DNA of 64,000 bases. Origin: Escherichia coli. GTDB taxonomy: Bacteria > Pseudomonadota > Gammaproteobacteria > Enterobacterales > Enterobacteriaceae. Positions 1 through 12,345 of the stretch are shown here, in pieces (positions within the stretch are counted from its first letter, which is position 1; each line of letters opens with the position of its first letter). The position numbers were made by a program, and so were the translations under genes. The stretch is taken from assembly GCF_036507355.1 (NCBI RefSeq), contig NZ_AP027877.1. The stretch is one strand, 5' to 3'. Under the pieces are notes generated by a model, which ran no database searches, had not been told where the DNA came from, and saw nothing but the letters and a program-made list of their open reading frames with translations.

Positions 1-160
1 TGACTATTAAAAAAGCGGCACCGCCCATTAGCGCCAACGTTAAGTATTTTTGTGCGTAACGATTGCGACGCGGTTCAAAAGGATTATTCGGTCTGCCAAT
101 GCGACTGATCGCTCCGTGACCAATTTTACTGTTATTTCTTGATTTGCGTTTTCTGGCCAT
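1..160 (-). CDS. 5' portion of an ORF that runs off the window start (possibly yjfM-like); candidate ATG at 160, N-terminus MARKRKSRNSKIGHG...
   Basis: Only minus-strand frame open from 169 down to position 1; ATG at 160-158 with a weak GGA upstream; start choice uncertain (alternative ATG at 28). Confidence 0.25.
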   Translation of the reverse strand, partial: MARKRKSRNNSKIGHGAISRIGRPNNPFEPRRNRYAQKYLTLALMGGAAFLIV

Positions 161-569
161 GATCGTCCATTACCATGTCATACATGGCTGCGTTAAAAAT
201 ACCACCAGCCAGTGCGGCGGTTCCCATAAACATTCCTGCTGCGGTATTGTGATTAATAATTTTTTCGCTTAATGCGGGCATATAAAGTCTGACACCAGCA
301 AAAACGAGTAACTGAATCACTAGTGCAATCCCGCCCCAGGCGAAATAGTCTGGAATACTCACCGCATTGATTGCCGCACTGGATAAGGGGATCACGTAAC
401 CCAACAATGTACCGCTGAATGCCAGTGACGCCGCGGTATTATTGTTTTTGATTAATTGCCATTCGTTGTGCGGTGTAATTTTGGAGTAGATAAACAGAAA
501 AATAATCACCATAGCCACGCCAATAAAAAAATAGGCACTAAAGGCAAGAAGTGAATCCAGTATATGCAT
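132..569 (-). CDS. yjfL: YjfL-like DUF350 inner-membrane protein, if translated independently from the internal ATG at 569 (MHILDSLLAF...)
   Basis: Internal ATG at 569-567 followed by multiple hydrophobic segments; lies in the same frame as the upstream yjfK-like part. Confidence 0.4.
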   Translation of the reverse strand: MHILDSLLAFSAYFFIGVAMVIIFLFIYSKITPHNEWQLIKNNNTAASLAFSGTLLGYVIPLSSAAINAVSIPDYFAWGGIALVIQLLVFAGVRLYMPALSEKIINHNTAAGMFMGTAALAGGIFNAAMYDMVMDDHGQKTQIKK

Positions 570-1244
570 TGTAAACGTCCTTGTAATTAACCAATAATAT
601 GAAGTGATGTCAGCGGGATATCGACACCCAGCGCGCGAAAATAACCACTCTGGCTCGCCGAGATCGTTAAAAGATTCCTCACCATTTAACAGCAAATATT
701 CGTAAGTATCTTCGGTCACTTGCCGCTGGTAACCCATGGTAAAATTATGGACTTCCCATTTGGCATGGTTTTGATTTTCTACTTTTTCCAGCATGTAGAC
801 GGGTTCGATATTTCCCGGTTCTTCGCTGTTAAAAAATCGCTGCCAGCGTTTTTCCTGCCAGTTTAAGGTCATTGCCCCCATCGCTTTGGCGTTGATCGCC
901 TCGCGCCAGTGACTCTCTTTACTGATACCGTAGCTCTCTTCATAGACAAAGAGCTTGATATCATCAATGTCATCAATATCTTCGCCGCCGGTGGTATTGA
1001 TTTGCAGAAACTCATCGCCTGAAGTGTAGTAGCGGAAAATCTGGCTACCGCCGCCCAGATCGATGTGACTGACAGCGGCTACCGTAAATTCCTCACCCGG
1101 CAGCGCAATCAGCAATTCATCTTCCAGCAAACGAAACGCTAACGTGTCGAGCGTAAAGCCACTATTAAGATGAAGGCCCAGCGGACCGCGAGCGATTGCA
1201 GGCTTATTATCCTTGCCAAACAGACGCTGGAAAAAACCAGACAT
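132..1244 (-). CDS. yjfK: YjfK-like (DUF2491) protein fused in-frame to a YjfL-like (DUF350) inner-membrane domain; single 370-aa ORF
   Basis: Track ORF MSGFFQRLFGKDNKP...; the N-terminal ~205 aa match YjfK as I recall it and the C-terminal part is hydrophobic and YjfL-like; no stop codon between them. Confidence 0.6.
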   Translation of the reverse strand: MSGFFQRLFGKDNKPAIARGPLGLHLNSGFTLDTLAFRLLEDELLIALPGEEFTVAAVSHIDLGGGSQIFRYYTSGDEFLQINTTGGEDIDDIDDIKLFVYEESYGISKESHWREAINAKAMGAMTLNWQEKRWQRFFNSEEPGNIEPVYMLEKVENQNHAKWEVHNFTMGYQRQVTEDTYEYLLLNGEESFNDLGEPEWLFSRAGCRYPADITSYYWLITRTFTMHILDSLLAFSAYFFIGVAMVIIFLFIYSKITPHNEWQLIKNNNTAASLAFSGTLLGYVIPLSSAAINAVSIPDYFAWGGIALVIQLLVFAGVRLYMPALSEKIINHNTAAGMFMGTAALAGGIFNAAMYDMVMDDHGQKTQIKK

Positions 1245-1294
1245 ATTTTATCCTTAAAATAGTTGCCAGCCTTGCAGTGAGGCTGGCAAAAAAA

Positions 1295-1993
1295 TTACTC
1301 GCCCTGTTGGCGTTGCAGTCTTGCTAATACATCCTGGGCGCTACTTTTATTGCTACCGCCAATTCCGGCTTCCGCCAGCTTTTCATCAAGATCGCGACCG
1401 TCTGCGACTTTCTCCAACTGTGCGGCAGCATCCAGGCGAGCCTGACGTTCGGCCTGACGCGTTTGCAGGCGTTTTAAGGATTCTGCCGCTGTCGAAACGC
1501 TGGAAGATGCGCCAACGGTAGAGGTTGTTACAGCCTGTTGTGCACGCTGCATGGCTTCAGTGGCTTTAACGACTTCCATTTGCTGCTCAAACTGAGCGAT
1601 ACGCTGCGCTGTCGCTGTAACTGCTTTTTCCACGCCATCACGGGAGACTTCCAGATTCGACAACACTTGCTCTTCAGCGGTAATGAGATTCTCAAGGCGC
1701 GCGATTTCTTCAGCAACTTCGTTAATCAACGACGGATTAACGTTCTTGCTTAACGCTTCCAGCGCACGGGCTTCCAGACTGGCTTTGCGCTCACGTAAAT
1801 CTTTCAGCTTATCGTGACTTAATTTCACCCGCGCCAGCAGATCAACGCGAGATTTTCCGGCTTTATCGAGTTCAGCTTTAGCGTCACGAATATACTGTTC
1901 CAGCATGCGCACACCCTGGGTTTCTTCAATGGACTCTTCCGCCTGGGAGATAAACGATTTCCCCAGCGTAAATAAACTTTTTAAAATTCCCAT
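1295..1993 (-). CDS. yjfJ: PspA/IM30-family protein YjfJ
   Basis: 232-aa ORF MGILKSLFTLGKSF..., coiled-coil rich; ATG at 1993. Confidence 0.85.
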   Translation of the reverse strand: MGILKSLFTLGKSFISQAEESIEETQGVRMLEQYIRDAKAELDKAGKSRVDLLARVKLSHDKLKDLRERKASLEARALEALSKNVNPSLINEVAEEIARLENLITAEEQVLSNLEVSRDGVEKAVTATAQRIAQFEQQMEVVKATEAMQRAQQAVTTSTVGASSSVSTAAESLKRLQTRQAERQARLDAAAQLEKVADGRDLDEKLAEAGIGGSNKSSAQDVLARLQRQQGE

Positions 1994-2011
1994 AAATACC
2001 CGTCCTTGTAA

Positions 2012-2413
2012 TTAGTGTGAATATTCTTCTGTAATTTCAGCCAGATCCAATGCGTTATCTACCAGCGAGGTTATCTCAAGCAGGATATCTTCAAGAGAAG
2101 ATTTAAGCGATAACGCCCCGAAAACAATGTAATACTCTTCCTGTTGCACGCTGGAGATTCCTACCGATGACAACGGCATCATCTTCTGATTTCTTAATAA
2201 GAAGGTATTAAATTCATCTGGATTGCTGATACTACTTACCGGACAAATAAAGGTTTCGATAACCATTTGGCGGGAAGTAAAAAGAATATTGATTTGCAAA
2301 TCGCCATAATCATTCATTTTAATAATTAATGCGTTCTCGCTATTTGTTACATCAATATTTTGTTCATGTACAGTTTGCAGCGCCGTCGCCAGCGCCAACG
2401 GATTCCATGTCAT
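2012..2413 (-). CDS. yjfI: Uncharacterised protein YjfI (DUF2170)
   Basis: 133-aa ORF MTWNPLALATALQ...; ATG at 2413. Confidence 0.8.
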   Translation of the reverse strand: MTWNPLALATALQTVHEQNIDVTNSENALIIKMNDYGDLQINILFTSRQMVIETFICPVSSISNPDEFNTFLLRNQKMMPLSSVGISSVQQEEYYIVFGALSLKSSLEDILLEITSLVDNALDLAEITEEYSH

Positions 2414-2539
2414 ATATTATTCCATATAGATTAAGTTTAAATATTAATAAAATGAATATTTGCAATACGTAATTATCTTACCAGCTATAGACAAAAAAAA
2501 ACCATCCAAATCTGGATGGCTTTTCATAATTCAGAGGAA

Positions 2540-3271
2540 CTAGCTGCGCTGACGCACCGCTTCAAATAAGCAAATTCCGGTTGCAACCGAAACGTTCAGG
2601 GAAGAAACACTTCCTGCCATTGGGATGCTGATCAACTCATCGCAATGTTCACGGGTCAGGCGACGCATACCTTCACCTTCCGCGCCCATCACCAGCGCCA
2701 GGCGTCCGGTCATTTTGCTCTGAAAGAGTGTATGATCCGCCTCGCCTGCCGTACCGACGATCCAGATATTCTCTTCCTGCAACATACGCATGGTGCGCGC
2801 AAGGTTAGTCACCCGAATCAGTGGAACGCTTTCTGCCGCGCCGCAGGCTACTTTTTTCGCCGTGGCGTTGAGCTGTGCGGAGCGATCTTTCGGCACAATC
2901 ACCGCGTGAACGCCAGCGGCGTCCGCGCTACGCAGGCACGCGCCGAGGTTGTGCGGATCGGTTACACCGTCGAGGATCAGCAGGAACGGTTGATCGAGCG
3001 AAGCGATCAGATCCGGCAGATCGTTTTCCTGATACTGACGTCCTGGCTTCACGCGGGCGATAATGCCCTGATGCACGGCACCGTCGCTTTTCTCGTCGAG
3101 ATATTGGCGGTTTGCCAACTGGATAACCACGCCCTGAGACTCAAGGGCATGAATCAGCGGTAACAGACGTTTATCTTCACGGCCTTTTAAAATAAAGACT
3201 TCCTGAAAACGTTCAGGGGCGCGCTCCAGCAGGGCCTGCACTGCGTGGATGCCGTAAATCATTTCGCTCAT
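2540..3271 (-). CDS. rlmB: 23S rRNA (guanosine-2'-O)-methyltransferase RlmB
   Basis: 243-aa [20 protein letters not shown]..., SpoU-type methyltransferase; ATG at 3271. Confidence 0.93.
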   Translation of the reverse strand: MSEMIYGIHAVQALLERAPERFQEVFILKGREDKRLLPLIHALESQGVVIQLANRQYLDEKSDGAVHQGIIARVKPGRQYQENDLPDLIASLDQPFLLILDGVTDPHNLGACLRSADAAGVHAVIVPKDRSAQLNATAKKVACGAAESVPLIRVTNLARTMRMLQEENIWIVGTAGEADHTLFQSKMTGRLALVMGAEGEGMRRLTREHCDELISIPMAGSVSSLNVSVATGICLFEAVRQRS

Positions 3272-3295
3272 TAATGTACTCGTTGTTTACGTTTT

Positions 3296-3395
3296 GCCTG
3301 ATGCACTACGTTTATCCGGTCTACATGATCCCTGCAATATATTGAATTTGCGTGATTATGTAGGCCGGATAAGGCGTTCACGCCGCATCCGGCAT
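3296..3395. repeat. REP/BIME-type palindromic repeat pair between rnr and rlmB
   Basis: gcctgatgcactacgtttatccggtctaca ... tgtaggccggataaggcgttcacgccgcatccggca: two inverted REP-like units. Confidence 0.6.
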
Positions 3396-3451
3396 GAACA
3401 AAGCGCATTTTGTCAGCAATCTAACCCTCTTCTGTTTGAAGAGGGTAATGA

Positions 3452-5893
3452 TCACTCTGCCACTTTTTTCTTCGCCGCACGCTTCGCTTTGGTCGCTGCA
3501 GCTATTTTCTGCGTTTTCGCCGATGGCTTTTTCGCTTTTCTCGCGTCTTTCTTCGCTGCTTTCGGCTTCGTTTTTTTCTCACCGCGGAAGGCGCTGTCTG
3601 GCTCAAAGTTTACCTTTTTACCGACCTGACGACGCTTGCCGCCTTTTTTACCTGCATCGCCTTTTTTCGCTTTCTCGCGCGCCGTTTTACCGACGTTGCG
3701 CGGTGCGCGTTCGCTGGAGATCAGGCTAAAGTCGATTTTGCGCTCGTCCATATTAACCGCTTCGACGCGAACTTCCACGCGATCGCCCAGGCGATAAGTC
3801 TGACCGCTGGATTCACCCATCAGGCGTTGCCCTACCTGGTCAAAGCGATAGTAGTCATTGTCCAGCGAAGAGACATGGACCAGACCATCGATGAACAAGT
3901 CGTCCAGACGGACGAAGAAGCCAAAGCCAGTGACGCTGGAAATTACGCCTTTAAAGACGTTACCTACCTGGTCGAGCATAAAGTCACACTTCAGCCAGTC
4001 AGCCACATCGCGCGTTGCTTCGTCGGCACGACGTTCTGCCATCGAACAGTGCTGACCCAGTTGCAGCATCTCTTCCATCGAATAATGGTAGCCGCCGGTT
4101 TCAGTGGTGTTACCCTGATGCCCCTGCTCTTTCGCCAGCAGATACTTAATGGCGCGGTGCAGCGTCAGGTCAGGATAACGACGAATCGGCGAAGTAAAGT
4201 GCGCATAGGACTGCAATGCCAGACCGAAGTGACCACGGTTTTCCGGATCGTAAATCGCCTGTTTCATCGAGCGCAGCAGCATGGTTTGCAGCATTTCTGC
4301 GTCAGGACGATCGGCAACAGACTCCAGCAACTCTGCATAGTCGCGCGGTTCCGGCTTGTTACCGCCCGGCAATTCCAGCCCCAGTTCCGCCAGCACTGAA
4401 CGGAAAGAGGTAATCGCTTCGGTGCTCGGCTTGTCGTGAATACGGAACAGTGCCGGTTCTTTGGCTTTCTCAACGAAACGCGCCGCCGAGATATTCGCCA
4501 GAATCATGCACTCTTCAATTAACTTGTGCGCGTCGTTACGCTGGGTCTGTTCGATACGCTCAATACGGCGTTCAGCGTTGAAAATGAACTTCGCTTCTTC
4601 GCTCTCAAATGAGATCCCGCCGCGTTCTTCACGGGCTTTATCCAGCACTTTATAGAGGTTATGCAACTCTTCGAGATGCTTAACCAGCGGGGCGTACTGC
4701 TCGCGCAGATCCTGATCGCCCTGCAGAATATGCCAGACTTTGGTGTAGGTCAGACGCGCGTGAGAGCTCATCACCGCTTCGTAGAATTTGTAGCCAGTCA
4801 GGCGGCCTTTCGACGAAACCGTCATCTCGCACACCATACACAGGCGGTCTACCTGCGGGTTGAGCGAACACAGGCCGTTAGAGAGCACTTCCGGCAGCAT
4901 CGGGATAACCTGCGAAGGGAAGTACACCGACGTGCCACGGTTACGCGCTTCTCTGTCCAGCGGCGTTGGCGGACGCACATAGTAGCTGACGTCAGCAATC
5001 GCGACCCATAAACGCCAGCCGCCGCCGCGTTTTTTCTCGCAGTAAACTGCATCGTCAAAGTCACGGGCGTCTTCGCCATCAATGGTGACCAGCGGTAAAT
5101 CGCGCAGATCAACACGGCCCGCTTTTGCTTCTTCCGGCACTTCTTCTTTCAGCCCGGCAACCTGTTGCTCAACAGCCTGCGGCCAGATGTACGGAATTTC
5201 ATGGGTACGCAGAGCGATATCAACCGCCATGCCGGTGCCCATATTGTCGCCCAGCACTTCGACGATTTTACCCACCGCTTTGGTACGGCGAGTCGGGCGT
5301 TGGGTCAGTTCAACAACCACCACAAAGCCCATCCGCGCGCCCATGATCTGATCGGGCGGGATTAAGATATCGAAGCTCAGACGGCTATCGTCAGGAACCA
5401 CAAAGCCGACGCCCGCTTCGGTAAAGTAGCGACCAACAATCTGGCTGGTTTTTGGCACCAGTACGCGGACAATACGCGCTTCACGACGACCTTTACGGTC
5501 AGCGCCCAGCGGCTGCGCCAGCACCTGATCGCCATGAATGCAGGTTTTCATCTGCTCGCTGGAGAGATACAAATCATCTTTACGCCCTTCAACCCGCAGA
5601 AAGCCGTAGCCATCACGGTGGCCAATAACGGTACCTTTCACCAGGTCGAGGCGTTCCGGCAGCGCATAGCACTGACGACGAGTAAAGACCAGTTGACCAT
5701 CGCGCTCCATCGCGCGCAGGCGGCGACGCAGGCCTTCAAGCTGCTCTTCGCCTTCAATGTGCAGTTCTACCGCCAGCTCATCACGGCTGGCCGGTTTTTC
5801 ACGTTTGGTTAAATGTTCGAGGATAAATTCCCGACTAGGGATGGGATTCGCGTATTTTTCAGCTTCGCGTTCCTGGAAAGGATCTTGTGACAT
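3452..5893 (-). CDS. rnr: Ribonuclease R
   Basis: Track ORF trimmed to the internal ATG at 5893 ([17 protein letters not shown]..., 813 aa) with GGAGG 7 nt upstream; lysine-rich C-terminal tail. Confidence 0.93.
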   Translation of the reverse strand: MSQDPFQEREAEKYANPIPSREFILEHLTKREKPASRDELAVELHIEGEEQLEGLRRRLRAMERDGQLVFTRRQCYALPERLDLVKGTVIGHRDGYGFLRVEGRKDDLYLSSEQMKTCIHGDQVLAQPLGADRKGRREARIVRVLVPKTSQIVGRYFTEAGVGFVVPDDSRLSFDILIPPDQIMGARMGFVVVVELTQRPTRRTKAVGKIVEVLGDNMGTGMAVDIALRTHEIPYIWPQAVEQQVAGLKEEVPEEAKAGRVDLRDLPLVTIDGEDARDFDDAVYCEKKRGGGWRLWVAIADVSYYVRPPTPLDREARNRGTSVYFPSQVIPMLPEVLSNGLCSLNPQVDRLCMVCEMTVSSKGRLTGYKFYEAVMSSHARLTYTKVWHILQGDQDLREQYAPLVKHLEELHNLYKVLDKAREERGGISFESEEAKFIFNAERRIERIEQTQRNDAHKLIEECMILANISAARFVEKAKEPALFRIHDKPSTEAITSFRSVLAELGLELPGGNKPEPRDYAELLESVADRPDAEMLQTMLLRSMKQAIYDPENRGHFGLALQSYAHFTSPIRRYPDLTLHRAIKYLLAKEQGHQGNTTETGGYHYSMEEMLQLGQHCSMAERRADEATRDVADWLKCDFMLDQVGNVFKGVISSVTGFGFFVRLDDLFIDGLVHVSSLDNDYYRFDQVGQRLMGESSGQTYRLGDRVEVRVEAVNMDERKIDFSLISSERAPRNVGKTAREKAKKGDAGKKGGKRRQVGKKVNFEPDSAFRGEKKTKPKAAKKDARKAKKPSAKTQKIAAATKAKRAAKKKVAE

Positions 5894-5931
5894 CTCGGTT
5901 CCTCCGTTGTCATCTCTGATGAAGATTTTCG

Positions 5932-6357
5932 TCACTCCACCAGCAATAATTTATAAAGCGGTTGATTCTCTTCAACCAAATCGGCAAGCGTGTAGTTATC
6001 CAGTTCCGTAAGAAAACTTTGCACGGCCTTAGAAAGCGCCTGTTTCAACCGACAGGCAGGTGTAATGTGGCAAAACTCACTGCTGCAATTCACCAGCGAT
6101 AAGGGCTCCAGCTCGCGCACCACATCACCAATACGTATCGCACTCGCCGGTTTACCCAGGCGAATGCCGCCATTTTTTCCACGAACAGCAGTCACGTAGC
6201 CGGCACGACTAAGTTGATTGATTATTTTGACCATATGATTACGGGAGACGCCGTAGACGTCAGTCACTTCAGAAATACTGGTCATCCGCCCTTCTGGCAA
6301 TGACGCCATGTAGATCAGCGCACGTAATCCGTAATCAGTGAAACTCGTTAACTGCAC
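5932..6357 (-). CDS. nsrR: Nitric-oxide-sensing transcriptional repressor NsrR (Rrf2 family)
   Basis: 141-aa [22 protein letters not shown]...; GTG start at 6357. Confidence 0.93.
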
Positions 6358-6561
6358 ATCAACCTCAAAAGGGAAATCGGGAAAAAATACATTTATATTG
6401 ATGATAAACCAGCCACAAGCTGTGTCGCTAATTTATTTCAGTTCGGGGAAGGAAAAAAGCGAGGATTTAACACTGTGTCGGATAGCGTAATGGCTTAACC
6501 GACACAGCAATGTATCACACTGTTAGCCCGGCAGGCAAAATATCTGCCAGGCGTACCAGAA

Positions 6562-7863
<1,302 letters not shown>

Positions 7864-7963
7864 TCAAAATCACCGTTTGCTTAAAAATGGATTCTACCAT
7901 CGCTTTTTCAGAGTTACAGCACTTTTTGCACTCAAAAATGACCTCGATCAGTCTGTTTTTTGT

Positions 7964-8161
7964 TCAGCCAATCGTTTTCCTCAACATGTAGTAGACCACA
8001 ACGCCCGCAACCACAAGTCCACCGCCAAAACGACGTAAAATATTATCGGGCAAATTGGTCATCGCAGAGATCATCTTCTTCCATGCCTTCGGGTAAAGCA
8101 TCGGCCCTAAACCTTCCAGTACCAAAACCAGGGCAAGCGCCAGCCAGATTGTCGAATTCAT
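7964..8161 (-). CDS. yjeT: Small membrane protein YjeT (DUF2065)
   Basis: 65-aa hydrophobic ORF MNSTIWLALALVLVLEG... Confidence 0.8.
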   Translation of the reverse strand: MNSTIWLALALVLVLEGLGPMLYPKAWKKMISAMTNLPDNILRRFGGGLVVAGVVVYYMLRKTIG

Positions 8162-8242
8162 TCATTATCCTTATAGAAAAAGAAAACCACCGACATCCCT
8201 GAGGATGCGGTGGCTTTATTGACCTGTACCGCAGTCGTTATA

Positions 8243-9247
8243 TTAACGCGTTGCGGAAGTCGGCGTCTTCATGTAGCGGAAGAAATCGCTATCCGGGCTC
8301 ATGACCATCACGTCCTGATTGCCAGAGAAGCTGTTCTCATAAGCACGCAGGCTACGGATGAATGCGTAGAAGTCCGGATCTTTACTGAATGCATCAGCAA
8401 ACAGTTTGGCTGCTTCGGCATCGCCTTCACCACGCATGATACGGCCCTGACGCTCAGCTTCTGCCAGCGTTCTGGTCACTTCATAGTCGGCAGTCGCGCG
8501 CAGTTTTTCCGCTTCTTCCTGACCTTGTGAACGGTGACGACGCGCTACCGCTTCACGCTCGGCGCGCATACGGTTGTAGATCGCTTCAGACACTTCGGTC
8601 GGCAGGTTGATCTGCTTGATACGCACATCGACAACTTCAATACCCAGCGCCGCCATACTGTTCGGGTTGATGACCGGAACTTTGCCCTTCGTCTCAGCCG
8701 TTACGCGCTCTGCCGCTTCGGCAATGGCGTTATCCGCTGCCGGGGTAGTAACTTCATCTTCTGTACCCGCAGAACCGGAGTTCAGCGCGTCACGTACTTC
8801 GAGGGTCAGACGACCACGGGAATCGGTGACGATGTCTTTCACGTCCAGGCGACCAATTTCAGAACGTAGACGGTCAGAGAACTTACGTTTCAACAGCACT
8901 TCCGCTTGCGAAATGTCGCCACCACCCGTTGCCAGGTAGTAACGGCTGAAATCGCTGATGCGCCATTTGATGTAAGAGTCGACGATCAGGTCTTTCTTCT
9001 CTTTGGTCACAAAGCGGTCGGCCTGGTTGTCCATGGTCTGAATACGTGCGTCGAGCATTTTCACCGTTTCAATGAACGGTATCTTGAAATGCAGACCCGG
9101 CTCATAAACCAGAGGTTTGTTGTCATCGTCACGCAGTACCTTACCAAAACGCAGCGTAATACCGCGCTCACCTTCTTTGACGACAAAGACAGACATGTAA
9201 AGCACTACCAGCACGATGATGATAATCGCGATAACTGACTTACGCAT
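8243..9247 (-). CDS. hflC: FtsH protease modulator HflC
   Basis: 334-aa ORF MRKSVIAIIIIVLVVLYMS..., SPFH/band-7 family. Confidence 0.95.
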   Translation of the reverse strand: MRKSVIAIIIIVLVVLYMSVFVVKEGERGITLRFGKVLRDDDNKPLVYEPGLHFKIPFIETVKMLDARIQTMDNQADRFVTKEKKDLIVDSYIKWRISDFSRYYLATGGGDISQAEVLLKRKFSDRLRSEIGRLDVKDIVTDSRGRLTLEVRDALNSGSAGTEDEVTTPAADNAIAEAAERVTAETKGKVPVINPNSMAALGIEVVDVRIKQINLPTEVSEAIYNRMRAEREAVARRHRSQGQEEAEKLRATADYEVTRTLAEAERQGRIMRGEGDAEAAKLFADAFSKDPDFYAFIRSLRAYENSFSGNQDVMVMSPDSDFFRYMKTPTSATR

Positions 9248-9249
9248 CG

Positions 9250-10509
9250 TTATTCCCCCTGACGCTGGTAGTCGTTACGCTGCGCGTTGGCGCGGCGTTG
9301 GTCCATAATATCGCCCTGACTAGTGGACGACGTGTTGCTTGCTCCACTGGTTGTGGAGGAAGAGGCTGGCGGCAGACGCAGCAGATTGCTGGCACCGTTA
9401 TCGCTCTTCGCCGCAGGGGCGTTACCACCTTTCAGCATCTGGTCTAACGGCAGAACCATCAGGTTGCCACCTTTATCGTTAACCAGCACTTTGCGGGTGT
9501 TACCCAACACTTTTTCCATCGTCTCGATATACAGACGCTCGCGAGTAATTTCAGGCGCGGCTTTATATTCCGGCAGAAGTTTAGCAAAGCGCGCCACTTC
9601 ACCCTGAGCTTCCAGGATGGTCTGGGCCTTGTACGCACGCGCCTCTTCGAGGATACGTTGCGCCTGACCGTTCGCACGCGGCTGAACTTCATTGGTATAC
9701 GCTTCTGCTTCACGAATGTATTGCTGTTCGTTTTCACGCGCGGCAATCGCATCGTCAAACGCCGCTTTTACTTCTTCCGGCGGACGAGCAGCCTGGAAGT
9801 TGACGTCCAGCAGCGTGATACCCATGTCATACGGACGAATCGTCTCTTCCAGTTCGCGCTGAGTATCGCTACGAATCACGGTACGACCTTCCGTCAGAAT
9901 GCGATCCATGGTGTATTTACCGATAACTCCACGCAGGGCGCTGTCGGTAGCCTGACGCAGGCTGTCATCCGGGCTGGTCACGCTATACAGATATTTTTCC
10001 GGATTGGTGACGCGGTACTGCACGTTCATCTCAACGCGCACTACGTTCTCGTCCGACGTCAGCATCACACCAGAAGCGGCCAGTTCACGCACGGCTTCCA
10101 CGTTCACCGGTTTGACTTCGTCGATAAACGTCGGTTTCCAGTTCAGACCCGGCTCAACCAGATGGCTGAATTTACCAAAGCGTGTTACCACGCCGCGTTC
10201 GGCTTCTTTAATGGTATAGAAACCACTGGCCGCCCAGATAATGACAATCGCTGCCGCTGCGATGGTAACGACACGACCGCCAAGCTGCGGGCGCGGGCCT
10301 TGCGATGAACTGCCACCGCCAGATCCGGTGCCTTTACCGCCGCCCAGACCACCGAGCTTTTTGCTCAGTTTGCGGAAGATATCATCTAAATCAGGTGGCC
10401 CTTGATCGCGACCGCCTTTGTTTCCATTTCCCTCAGAGTTGCCGCCAGGTTTGCTGCTTCCCCACGGGTCGCGGTCTTGTCCGTTATTACCGGGCTGATT
10501 CCACGCCAT
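9250..10509 (-). CDS. hflK: FtsH protease modulator HflK
   Basis: 419-aa ORF MAWNQPGNNGQDRDPWGSS..., Gly-rich N-terminus, SPFH domain; stop lies 2 nt upstream of the hflC start. Confidence 0.95.
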   Translation of the reverse strand: MAWNQPGNNGQDRDPWGSSKPGGNSEGNGNKGGRDQGPPDLDDIFRKLSKKLGGLGGGKGTGSGGGSSSQGPRPQLGGRVVTIAAAAIVIIWAASGFYTIKEAERGVVTRFGKFSHLVEPGLNWKPTFIDEVKPVNVEAVRELAASGVMLTSDENVVRVEMNVQYRVTNPEKYLYSVTSPDDSLRQATDSALRGVIGKYTMDRILTEGRTVIRSDTQRELEETIRPYDMGITLLDVNFQAARPPEEVKAAFDDAIAARENEQQYIREAEAYTNEVQPRANGQAQRILEEARAYKAQTILEAQGEVARFAKLLPEYKAAPEITRERLYIETMEKVLGNTRKVLVNDKGGNLMVLPLDQMLKGGNAPAAKSDNGASNLLRLPPASSSTTSGASNTSSTSQGDIMDQRRANAQRNDYQRQGE

Positions 10510-10594
10510 GTTTGTGCTCCATATTTGTTATGCGGTGATCCCTGTTGTCTTTCGACGCCAGAGGATATGACTCCACGCTTCAGACGCTACGCCG

Positions 10595-11875
10595 TTAGAT
10601 CAGGTAATCGATCAACGCCGGTTCTTGTTTACAGAGGCGACGCCAGTCAACGATCGGCATACGAACTTGCAGACTTACGCTGCCGTCCTCCTCCATCCAC
10701 TCTTTTTCTATTGCCTGAAGCTGATAAAAACGACTTCTCAGACGCCCTTCCTGCGGTGGTAGACGCAATGTATGCTGCGCCACCTCGCCGGAAAGCCGCT
10801 CCGTCAAAGCCTGAAAAAGCTGTGGTATCCCCGCTCCGGTCTGTGCGGAAAGCCAGACACGGATCGGTTTGTTCTCTTCGTCCCGATCAATACGCGGTTC
10901 GAAATCTTCCAGCATATCGATCTTGTTCATCACCAGCAGGGTTGGGATCTCGTGAGCGTCGATCTCTTCAAGAACCGTATTCACCGCTTCGATGTTTTCT
11001 TGTACACGCACATCCGCCGCATCAATGACGTGCAGCAGTAATGTGGCTTGCCGCGTCTCTTGTAACGTGGCTTTAAATGCTGCAACCAGATCGTGCGGCA
11101 GGTGGCGAATAAACCCTACGGTATCTGCCAACACGGTTTCACCGACATCTGCAACGTCAATACGCCGCAACGTCGGGTCGAGGGTGGCAAACAACTGGTC
11201 TGCCGCGTAGACCCGCGCTTCGGTGATGCGATTGAAAAGGGTAGATTTACCGGCGTTGGTATATCCCACCAGCGAAACAGTAGGAACGTCGGCTTTGATA
11301 CGCGATTGCCGCCCCTGCTCACGCTGCTTTTCAACTCTTTCCAGGCGCGACTGTATCTGCACGATGCGATTACGCAACAAACGACGGTCGGTTTCGAGCT
11401 GGGTTTCACCCGGACCACGCAAACCTATCCCGCCTTTCTGTCTTTCAAGGTGGGTCCAGCCACGCACCAGGCGCGTAGCCAGATGGCGCAGCTGCGCCAG
11501 CTCAACCTGCAACTTACCCTCATGGGTACGCGCACGTTGGGCGAAAATATCTAAAATAAGGCCGGTGCGGTCGATAACACGACACTCGCACAAACGCTCC
11601 AGGTTACGCTCTTGCGCCGGGCTCAGGGCATGGTCAAAAAGAACGACCGAAGCACCCGTCGCTTTGACAGCTTCCGCAATTTCAACTGCTTTACCTTCAC
11701 CTACAAAATACTTTGGGTGCGGCGCTTTACGGCTACCGGTAATCACCTGCAATGCTTCGACACCGGCGGAAGAGACCAGAGATTCAAACTCCTGGAGGTC
11801 TTCCATATCTTTGTCTTGCGTAAAATAGATGTGTACCAGTACCGCCTGCTCACCAGCATCATAACGGTCAAACAA
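10595..11875 (-). CDS. hflX: Ribosome-associated GTPase HflX
   Basis: 426-aa [21 protein letters not shown]... with [10 protein letters not shown]-loop; first codon is TTG, with an in-frame stop 5 codons upstream. Confidence 0.92.
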   Translation of the reverse strand: MFDRYDAGEQAVLVHIYFTQDKDMEDLQEFESLVSSAGVEALQVITGSRKAPHPKYFVGEGKAVEIAEAVKATGASVVLFDHALSPAQERNLERLCECRVIDRTGLILDIFAQRARTHEGKLQVELAQLRHLATRLVRGWTHLERQKGGIGLRGPGETQLETDRRLLRNRIVQIQSRLERVEKQREQGRQSRIKADVPTVSLVGYTNAGKSTLFNRITEARVYAADQLFATLDPTLRRIDVADVGETVLADTVGFIRHLPHDLVAAFKATLQETRQATLLLHVIDAADVRVQENIEAVNTVLEEIDAHEIPTLLVMNKIDMLEDFEPRIDRDEENKPIRVWLSAQTGAGIPQLFQALTERLSGEVAQHTLRLPPQEGRLRSRFYQLQAIEKEWMEEDGSVSLQVRMPIVDWRRLCKQEPALIDYLI

Positions 11876-11951
11876 GCGTATAACCCTCTAAATAGATCAG
11901 CGGGGAACGCAGGATCGCTGGCTCCCCGTGTAAAAAAAACAGCCCGAAACC

Positions 11952-12272
<321 letters not shown>

Positions 12273-12345
12273 TTATATGCTTATTTGTACTTTGAACCTT
12301 TCGATTCTGAAAAAATTGCGCACGATACGTCTCAATTGTACACAT

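Noticed and set aside
3425-3446. Hairpin (ccctcttc-tgtttg-aagagggt) just downstream of rnr, considered as a terminator
   Set aside because: No U-tract follows on the transcribed strand, and rlmB starts about 180 bp further on in the same orientation, consistent with rnr-rlmB cotranscription.
3452-5935. Longer N-terminal extensions offered by the ORF track for rnr (827 aa), amiB (450 aa), nnr (522 aa), orn (229 aa), rsgA (361 aa), yjeM (514 aa), epmA (340 aa), frdB (263 aa), frdD (129 aa), ampC (442 aa), gdx (126 aa), yjeI (128 aa), yjeH (438 aa), aspA (493 aa), dsbD (592 aa), cadA (728 aa), lysU (514 aa) and queG (415 aa)
   Set aside because: In each case an internal start gives the N-terminus I recognise for the known protein, usually with better Shine-Dalgarno spacing. 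The extensions overlap upstream genes or regulatory DNA and are artefacts of longest-ORF calling.
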